A stretch of 15,179 nt of DNA from Zygophlyctis sp. KS116 (taxonomy: Eukaryota > Fungi > Chytridiomycota): the NCBI GenBank assembly GCA_054661495.1, contig BAAFSQ010000239.1, positions 1-15,179 on the forward strand, in the 5' to 3' direction. How positions within the stretch are numbered: the stretch's first letter is position 1; every line of letters begins with the position of its first letter. Of this stretch, positions 8,257-15,179 are shown piece by piece. A program made the translations under genes and the position numbers. The notes beneath the pieces are model-generated. The model did no database searches and was not told the origin of the DNA. It worked only from the letters and a program-made list of their open reading frames with translations.

Positions 8257-9592
8257 AAGATTATATTTGCCAAGCTAAACAATATAAGAAAAGAATAATA
8301 TTTCAGAGTCCCAGAGCTGGTAGCAGCTTGCTTAATTACGGGAGGCGTAGGAACTGAACCGGGAGGGGTGGGAGATGCCCATATGATTCTAGATTCTAAA
8401 CTTGCCAAATCTTGTTTAAGTGCATTTAAAACCGGTCCATCCATTGCACCTGCATCATTTCCAAAAGGAGAATTAATACCTGTTCCAGTATCTCCCATTG
8501 ATGCAAAATCACGCCAAGTAGTCTCTTCAAACTTTGTAAATTCAAATGTACAGACACCCTTTAGTTTAGGATAAGTATCTAAAAATGTAGAATTGAGATA
8601 CTGTCTCCACCATGCTTGTTTAATAGCAACTCTACCAGGGCCTTTATCTAAAGAATACCAATAATTATTATCCAATTTAGCTAAATGAAAAGTAGAACCA
8701 GTTTCAGTTACTATAAAAGGTTTACCACCTTTAGAAACTGGTTGAGGTGCTCCTCCAATTCCAGATCCTGAAAACATTTCATAAAAATGAAAAGTTGCAT
8801 TATAAGCCAAATCTCCAATCATTATTGCTTCAAATTTCCCAGGAGGAGGTAAAACATTTTGTTCCCATGGATACTCTTTTCCGTAATGATAGATTGAGAA
8901 TCCTACCCAATCTACCCAATCATCACCTGGATAGTATGGTGAGTATGGATCATCTGATAAAATTTAGAATTACTTTAAATACCATTGATATCTAGAACTT
9001 GATCATTGTTAGTGTCCAAGAGATAGAATTGTGAAGAATCTTGAGAAATAAAGTATTTTCCTAAAGGAAATGGATAGCCATTCCCAGAATTAGGAGCCCA
9101 AATAAATGCAATATTTTGAGAGTTATTTGTAGCATTTCTAATAGTGCCAACTACCCATTTCCAAGAATTTAGAAAATCTAAAGGTCTTTGACCATATGAA
9201 AACCAGTTCCCATTCATTTCAGAAGCATATCTTATAAAGATCCTGATACCTTTGTTTACAGCTTCTACAATTTTTAGAGTTAGAGTTTGTAAAGCAGCTT
9301 CAGTCACTGAATGAAATCCATCGATCGGATAAATTGTCATGTAAGCTATTGCATTTGTATCTGTAGCATGAATCTGATTGAAGAAAATATCAATTTCCTT
9401 TGGCTGACAATCATCGGTCAAGTTAAAGTCTGACTGAAAAAAAGGCAATTTCGCATTCAATCGCTGATTAATCGACACTGGATTGTCTCCATTTAATCTT
9501 TCATACCAAGGTCCGAAAAGGATCTTTCCTTCAGGAGGTTCAAGTGGAGCCAAGGCTGTCAATGTCCCCATCATTAAAAGGAAGAATATCAT
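8253..9592 (-). CDS. GH26 glycoside hydrolase (mannanase-like), secreted, probably GPI-anchored; 2 exons (9592-8983, 8953-8253), 436 aa
   Basis: Signal peptide MIFFLLMMGTLTALA. Motifs IRYASEMNGNWFSYG (acid/base), FIWAPN, YYPGDDWVDWVGFSIY and KPFIVTETG (nucleophile). 29-nt intron 8982-8954. Pro/Ser/Thr linker, then AATSSG and a hydrophobic C-terminus. Confidence 0.9.
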
Positions 9593-9649
9593 TTTATTAA
9601 AGAGGCGGAGCACAAGCAAATCCGCACATCAACGCAAATCAACGCCTCC

Positions 9650-10470
9650 AGGTTCAGGATGGTTTAGCCTCAATCTTGATATTATAGAGATTTTATATAA
9701 ACGCTAAAAGAATCTGACAAGTCGGCGATTCAGCAAGATCAGGCTAAACCTTTTCTTGTTGTCTATTGTACCAAATATCCTGCCATAATCGTTTGCAAGT
9801 TTTTTCCTCAAGATTTGAAAGATCTGTACGTATAATAAATATTCCATTGTATAGTATGACTTTGATTCTTTGACCATTTCTTTTCTCAATCGAGTAATAA
9901 TTCGCGGATTTACCTTATCAAAACCAATGTAAGGATATTGCAATTTTAAGAGTTGAGTCGACGCTTTACTACACGTCTCTAAATGGAGAAATATATGTCT
10001 TTCATATACACAGCGGACGACTAATCGACAAGAGGTCAATTTTATATTAATTTAACAAGTTTGCAAATTCTGTAATTATTTTCTGAATTTAAATGAAAGT
10101 AATCTTTTTGGCAATCAACTCTCTGGTCCAATTCCTGCTTTGATTGGAAATATGACAACATTGCGCAATCTGTAATTATTTTCTGAATTAAAATTGAAAG
10201 AAGAATCGAAGCCAATCCTTTAAATGGAACTTTCACCCCAAGATGTGCAATGCCTATCACTTTGGAAGAATGTTCGCATAAATTGTGGCAAGTGGTCTTT
10301 TGATGGAAGGCCTGCAGGCTTATTTAATTCTTCAAACTGCATAAATGCAAACAATGCATTAAAGTCTGCCTACTATATTCTTCCAGATACTAGTAAACAA
10401 TATGTCGATATTGCATTTATTAACTCTGTGAACGCTGGTCTTTGGGCGATAGTATAAGTCAAATCATTTC
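9650..10470 (-). pseudogene. Probable degenerate coding relic of unknown family (boundaries approximate)
   Basis: Protein-like minus-strand fragments in shifting frames with internal stops, e.g. AQRPAFTELINAISTYCLLVSGRI**ADFNALFAFMQFEELNKPAGLPSKDHLPQFMRTFFQ and DLSNLEEKTCKRLWQDIWYNRQQEKV*. I could not build a clean model with 25-32-nt introns and did not recognise the family. Confidence 0.25.
10061..10207. repeat. Imperfect ~45-bp direct repeat, two copies 100 nt apart
   Basis: Identical 21-mer TCTGTAATTATTTTCTGAATT at 10069-10089 and 10169-10189, with similar flanks (TTGC on the left, AAA(T)TGAAAG..AATC on the right). Confidence 0.85.
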
Positions 10471-10640
10471 ATCATGAACCATTACAAAAAAGTAAATGAA
10501 CATGAATCTTGATTGATGTTGAAAAATAAAGAATGGTTTATGAATAAAATTTAGTAGGATAACTTGAAAAAACTTAGGTTAGTCTGTACACTTAAGTCAC
10601 CGTTAAATTTTAAAAAGTAAAAGGGTCTGTTATCAGTAAA

Positions 10641-12116
10641 ATGGATCTTGATCTTTACAAAAAACATAATCTATCAAAGCTCATCGAGAGGGAAATCTAT
10701 GGAGATGGACAATTGGAGACGGAGAAAGAATACAATTTAGAATACAGATATTCTGATAAGATCAAGAATTTGAACATTGCATCATTGGATAAGAGGTAAA
10801 TTCACTGCTTTAAACAATTTTAGAAAAGATAAATCTGATAGAGCAACCGTCGAACAAGTCTTGGATCCTAGAACTAGGATTATATTGTTCAAGATGTTGA
10901 ATAGAAATGAAATTAAAGAGGTTAATGGATGTATTTCAACTGGCAAGGAAGCTAATGTTTATCATGCTGTAACAGACTCTAATGACCATCGAGCAATTAA
11001 AATTTACAAGACGTCTATTCTTGTTTTTAAGGATAGAGATCGTTATGTTTCTGGGGAATTCAGGTTTAGAAATGGATATAACAAGTCTAATCCTAGACAA
11101 ATGGTAAAGACATGGGCAGAAAAGGAAATGAGAAATTTGAAAAGAATTTATGCTTCAGGAATTCCATGTCCGGAACCACTTTTACTTAAAATGCATGTTT
11201 TAGTAATGTCATTTATTGGAAGTAAAAATGGTATTGCTGCTCCAAGGTTAAAAGATGTGGTTTTTCAAGATGAATTAGAAATATTTGAGGCTTATAGACA
11301 ATTAATAAGGAATTTATGGATTTTATATCATCATTGTAAACTAGTACATGCTGATTTAAGTGAATATAATCTATTGTAAGTTTTTTTTATGTAATCAAAG
11401 ATATTATAAGAAAATTGTTTACATGATTGATGTTTCTCAGTCTGTAGAACATGATCATCCACATGCATCTGAATTTTTAAGAAAGGATTGTATGAATGTA
11501 GTAGATTTTTTTTCAAAAAGACTCTCTAGAAAGATTTTTACTCTTAAAAAACTCTATGATTTCATAGTTTTGGACTCTTTAGGAATTAAAAAAATACTAG
11601 AAACAGAATCAAGATTAGATTTGGAGTTGGTTGATGCATATTTTGATTTAGAACATGAAAAATTGGAAAATGAAGTTCTTGATTCAAATAATGATCAAGT
11701 CTGTGAAGAAGTTTTTAAAAAGATTTACATTCCTAGATCATTAAATGAATTACCAGATGTAGAAAAGGTTTTTCAAAAGATAAACTTGAATAATTCTTTA
11801 GAGGTAATGATTTTTCAACTAATAATAGACTGCATATAAAGAAAACGTGGAAAATATGCTCCAAATACAAACAGTACCATCTTGTATTAGTGATGATTCA
11901 ATTTCTGTTTCAGAATCACAAGATTTTGAAGAATCGTGTTCAGAGTCTAGTCAAGACAAGAGTAAAAGAGTTTGCAAAAAGGATGAAGACAAGAGTTTGA
12001 AAAAGGAAAGAAAAAAACAAGTCAAGTTGGAGAGACAAGAAAAACTCAAAACAAAAGTTCCAAAATCTGTAAAGAAGAGAAAACAAAAACTATCCATGGA
12101 AAAAAGGAAAAAATAA
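10641..12116 (+). CDS. RIO1: RIO1 atypical kinase (40S maturation); 4 exons (10641-10795, 10824-11375, 11401-11803, 11829-12116), 465 aa
   Basis: Motifs [80 protein letters not shown] and [12 protein letters not shown]. Acidic then Lys-rich tail. Introns of 28, 25 and 25 nt. Confidence 0.97.
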
Positions 12117-12180
12117 AAACTAAAACAGATTTATTGGGATTTCTACAAGTTACAGTTGAAATAGCACTAGGGCTTCCTGT

Positions 12181-12726
12181 ATGAAAATCCCAAAACATTT
12201 AGGATTAGTTTTCAAGGATTGCCCTGTTTATTGGACTTTAATTGACTGGAATGAATTAATTTCTTTTTTAATAGATTCTAATATTGAATATTTAACTTGC
12301 TACACTAGACTTGGATGGGAAGATGTATTACCAATATTAACAAATCTCCCAGTCACAGTTTATAAATCGGACAAGATTTTAACTAATGATCATCAAGTAT
12401 GCATTAACAAGTACAAATCTCTTTCAATCTCATTTATTGATTATTCGGACTCTAAACCAAAATTAGCTGCATTAACAAGACAATTATGTACTTTAAAAGG
12501 AATTATATCTCTAGAATCTATTCAAGATGATTTAAAGTTGTTTCCAAGTCTCAATTTATTACTTTTGGAGATTGATAAAGACTTGAATGGTTTCCCACCA
12601 TTATCCCTTGGATTTACTGAAATCTGTGCATTATCAAGTTTAGATGATAGTGTTTATGGATTCATGGATGGTATTAAGAGAGGAATACAGCGATACTCTC
12701 AAACAATTCAAAGAAATGGAGTTTAA
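12181..12726 (+). CDS. NUS1: NUS1/NgBR-like non-catalytic subunit of cis-prenyltransferase (short form, 181 aa)
   Basis: KIPKHLGLV at the start, LNLLL..LNGFPPLSLGFTEI, and C-terminal RYSQTIQRNGV with the RxG motif. Divergent, with no N-terminal TM segment visible. Confidence 0.75.
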   Translation: MKIPKHLGLVFKDCPVYWTLIDWNELISFLIDSNIEYLTCYTRLGWEDVLPILTNLPVTVYKSDKILTNDHQVCINKYKSLSISFIDYSDSKPKLAALTRQLCTLKGIISLESIQDDLKLFPSLNLLLLEIDKDLNGFPPLSLGFTEICALSSLDDSVYGFMDGIKRGIQRYSQTIQRNGV

Positions 12727-12794
12727 CTATAATTTTAGAGTCTTAGAGTCTTTGAATAAAGGTTAGAGTATTTTAGGTGTGTGTTGGTAGTCTT

Positions 12795-13481
12795 ATGGTC
12801 AACAAAAGTCTGTTATCTAAACTAATCTCTAAAAATGATGAGTGGTCAGACTCAATGACTGATCAAGATCCATCTTTTTTCCATAGGTATAGTGAGTCAC
12901 AATCACCCGAGTATATTTTTAAAATTAATTATTAGGATATTGTGGATTGGATGTTCGGATTCTAGAGTTCCTCCAGACGTGGTTTGTCAGACTCAACCTG
13001 GTAAACTGTTTGTTCATCGAAGTATATTCTTAAAATTCATTTTATAGATATTGCAAACGTGATTGCACTTTCAGATTTAAATGCATGTTCGGTGATTCAG
13101 TATGCAGTTGAATATCTAAAAGTAAAACATATTATTGTCTGTGGACATTATGGATGTGGAGGTGTAAAGGCTTCTCTTTCTAATGCATCTTTTGGTCTTT
13201 TAGATGAATGGATCTCTCATATTAAAATTAATACAGGGGAAATCTTAAAGTCGGATTCTAGTTTTAATGAAAAGTTTAAGATGGCGGTTGAATTAAACGT
13301 ATTGGCATCAGTTCGTAATTTATCGTGTATGCCGCTGATACAACAAGTTTGGAATAATAGTCAGAGATTGGATATTCATGGCTGGGTCTATGATATTAAA
13401 GATGGAAAGTTGACTGATTTGGGATTTGATGTTGGTTCTATGATGGATTTAGATGGACTAGGGGCAGATAGAAAATACTGA
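12795..13481 (+). CDS. NCE103: Beta-class carbonic anhydrase; 3 exons (12795-12910, 12936-13021, 13048-13481), 211 aa
   Basis: [16 protein letters not shown] and LFVHRNIAN are both rebuilt across introns 12911-12935 and 13022-13047. Also [24 protein letters not shown] (Zn ligands) and [11 protein letters not shown]. Confidence 0.95.
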
Positions 13482-13725
13482 ATGAATTCAATAGTAAAAA
13501 TTAATAGTAAATCTGTTAAACAAGGCTTTCGTTTGACTAATCATCCTTGGCTGCCTAAATCATTCAAATTCATGTGTGAGGGATTTAGGAGTAAGATTCA
13601 ATATCAGAGTGTCTGCATTTAATGATCATTTCAATCATTAATTCTGACATTTTCTTTCAAATAACGTTCCGACGTTCCAAAGGAAACAAAGTTGAAACTC
13701 TAAACTCTGCAAAAACAATGATAAT

Positions 13726-14277
13726 TTATATACTGGTTTCATCATCAATCTCAATCGGTTGGTGAGATTGAGCAACTGCTGGCTTTGTAATCCGGCCTTT
13801 TTCTACTGCACGCTTCTGCGCCATTGAAGCTTGAAATGACGAACAACGTCCAAAGCATTTGATGTTACTTTCGATCTCATAATTTACATGACATCCTTCA
13901 AAATTAAAGAATTGCCGGTCAAGGATTTGAGAAAGATAATCGATCGCAGTCTTCTTAGCAGAATCTAAATCAATATTCAGTGCAGTACTTAGCCCCGTAT
14001 TCCATTCTTCTTTGGATTTTAGCAGTTTAGGATGAGTTGCTGGTCCATCTTCTGTTCAATTTGTATATATTCTCTGATAGATATAATCCTTGGCCTCCCA
14101 ATCTTGGAACCGACAGTTTTATCATGACGATTTCAAAGTGTTTTCATTGGCTGGTGCGTAATTGGAGTCATGATCATGAGTAGTAGTATAGATAGAGCAC
14201 CGAATGATACCGTTTTATTTGAATAAGAGTTTCGTGTATTTTCATCGGCATTTACATGACTGAAATTTTGTTATTTA
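13726..14277 (-). pseudogene. Degenerate ORF with in-frame stops; N-terminal part resembles a WRKY/GCM1-fold (FAR1/MuDR-type) Zn-binding domain
   Basis: A single minus frame reads FQSCKCR*KYTKLLFK*NGIIRCSIYTTTHDHDSNYAPANENTLKSS**NCRFQDWEAKDYIYQRIYTN*, followed by 109 stop-free codons (14055-13729, TEDGPATHPKLLKSKEEWN...IEIDDETSI*). The domain call is tentative. Confidence 0.45.
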
Positions 14278-14358
14278 AGGTCGACTAAGATGTATACAAA
14301 TGATTAGAGACTTCAAAATTTTGCAACTTTTGATAAAATTTTTGCGCTTCACAGAAAA

Positions 14359-15179
14359 ATGATAAGGCCATTACAATTGAATAGTTTTAGAGGAATTCTA
14401 GTCCGATGGTTTCATGATTCTACAAGGACTAAACTCGAGCCATTGTTTGTTCAGTATATGGACACTGAGCCTATTGAAGTTGACCCAGTTGGATGCAAAA
14501 CAGTTTCTGCTTTCATTGAAAAAGCTCAAAAGAAGTTCTCACCTGAACTGGACGAATTTCCACTCAACAAGTTGACTCTCCATCGCTACACTGGCACCAA
14601 ACTCAGACCAGGACTCAAAATTTCTGAATTAGTGAAGCCTCCCTTTCAAAACGATGACAGCAGTCCACTTCTCATTAGATATGCTGATGCTCTGCTTCCG
14701 CTCCCCCAAAAGACCAAGAAGTCTCATCATTCTGAAGAAAGAAAGAAAAGATGGGACGAACTTAATCTCATTCTTATTCAAGCAGAAATTGATGCTGCAG
14801 AAAAGAGTGGAAAGAAGAATCTCAAGGGGAGTTCTGCATATTCATCATTGAATTGGAGTCTCATTTCTCCTGTATATGACCACATCATGCATGAATATTC
14901 TCAAACTGTCAAAGAAGTTCCTCAAGAAACGATGGATTTGTTGCATAATTATATTGTCACTCTCACAAGACGTTTGAGCTCGGTTACCACTGGTAAAGAA
15001 TCTCAACGGCTGCACTTTATAGCTCCCATTCTTGTCTATGTTTCTGACCTATTTGGACCGGAAGATTCTATCCAGATTGTTATTGAAGAAGATTTGAATG
15101 GAGTCAATGTCAAAGCTAATGGGCATTTCGAATTCATGCTCAAACGCAAAAACAAGAGAATATGTATAGTCGAAGCCAA
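14359..15179 (+). CDS. Crinkler (CRN)-type protein: ubiquitin-like header + restriction-endonuclease-fold C-terminal domain; intronless, 3' truncated by the window
   Basis: Not in the ORF track. 273 open codons from ATG 14359. Header LFVQYMDTEPIEVDPVGCKTVSAFIEKAQKKFSPELDEFPLNKLTLH...LRPGLKIS...NDDSSPLLIR. Effector part ERKKRWDELNLIL...AYSSLNW...TGKESQRLHFIAPILVYV...IEEDLNG...ANGHFEFMLKRKNKRICIVEA(K), a PD-(D/E)xK-type ExK signature. Confidence 0.82.
   Translation, partial: MIRPLQLNSFRGILVRWFHDSTRTKLEPLFVQYMDTEPIEVDPVGCKTVSAFIEKAQKKFSPELDEFPLNKLTLHRYTGTKLRPGLKISELVKPPFQNDDSSPLLIRYADALLPLPQKTKKSHHSEERKKRWDELNLILIQAEIDAAEKSGKKNLKGSSAYSSLNWSLISPVYDHIMHEYSQTVKEVPQETMDLLHNYIVTLTRRLSSVTTGKESQRLHFIAPILVYVSDLFGPEDSIQIVIEEDLNGVNVKANGHFEFMLKRKNKRICIVEA

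Noticed and set aside
8368-9707. Plus-strand ORFs 8368..8574, 8747..8995 and 9483..9707
   Set aside because: Antisense shadows of the GH26 gene.
10061-10207. CRISPR-like repeat-spacer
   Set aside because: Only two imperfect copies, spacing too long, eukaryotic context and no cas genes.
10224-10457. Plus-strand 77-aa ORF
   Set aside because: No recognisable motif, and the opposite strand looks at least as protein-like; left unassigned.
11331-11516. Minus-strand 61-aa ORF
   Set aside because: Antisense shadow of RIO1.
12114-12183. RIO1-NUS1 fusion via stop readthrough plus a 22-nt intron (GTTACA...CTAG)
   Set aside because: Needs TAA readthrough, a non-consensus donor and an intron below the observed 25-nt floor; no supporting evidence.
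6948-12726. Isoprenoid-related gene cluster (STE14 + NUS1)
   Set aside because: Different pathways, separated by unrelated genes; proximity is expected at this gene density.
379-13481. Prokaryotic operon, or genes broken by frameshifts or sequencing errors
   Set aside because: Every break is bridged by a GT-AG segment of 25-32 nt that restores the frame and, in several cases, conserved motifs. RIO1, STE14, ZNF511 and CRN are eukaryotic-type genes.
13726-14277. Alternative genetic code (TAA=Gln, TGA=Trp)
   Set aside because: TAA, TAG and TGA all terminate conserved genes at expected positions in this window, and none occurs inside their exons.
14654-14851. 65-aa plus-strand ORF in the track
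   Set aside because: Wrong frame; the real ORF is the longer CRN frame from 14359 that runs off the window.

Overview
AT-rich, extremely gene-dense eukaryotic nuclear DNA, most likely from a zoosporic (chytrid-type) fungus; the taxon is inferred from fungal-type URA3/STE14/NUS1/beta-CA plus a Crinkler gene. The fragmented ORF track is explained by 18 very short GT-AG introns (25-32 nt) that I placed by hand. Each restores the reading frame, and several rebuild recognisable family motifs. Gene order: partial secreted protein (-), URA3 (+), PRO3 (-), an orphan C2H2 zinc-finger gene flanked by a duplicated promoter/start segment (+), a CS+SEL1 tail-anchored protein (+), a secreted GH5 endoglycoceramidase-like enzyme (+), ZNF511-like (+), a 425-aa ICMT/STE14 (-), a GPI-anchored GH26 (-), a degenerate stretch, RIO1 (+), a short NUS1 (+), beta-carbonic anhydrase (+), a pseudogene (-) and a partial Crinkler Ubl+REase gene (+). 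The most notable observation is that the STE14 gene appears to encode an internal tandem duplication. A catalytically degenerate ICMT domain that keeps the TM1 glycine zipper is fused to an intact ICMT domain, a possible covalent pseudoenzyme/enzyme dimer. All homology calls are from motif recognition only; no searches were run.
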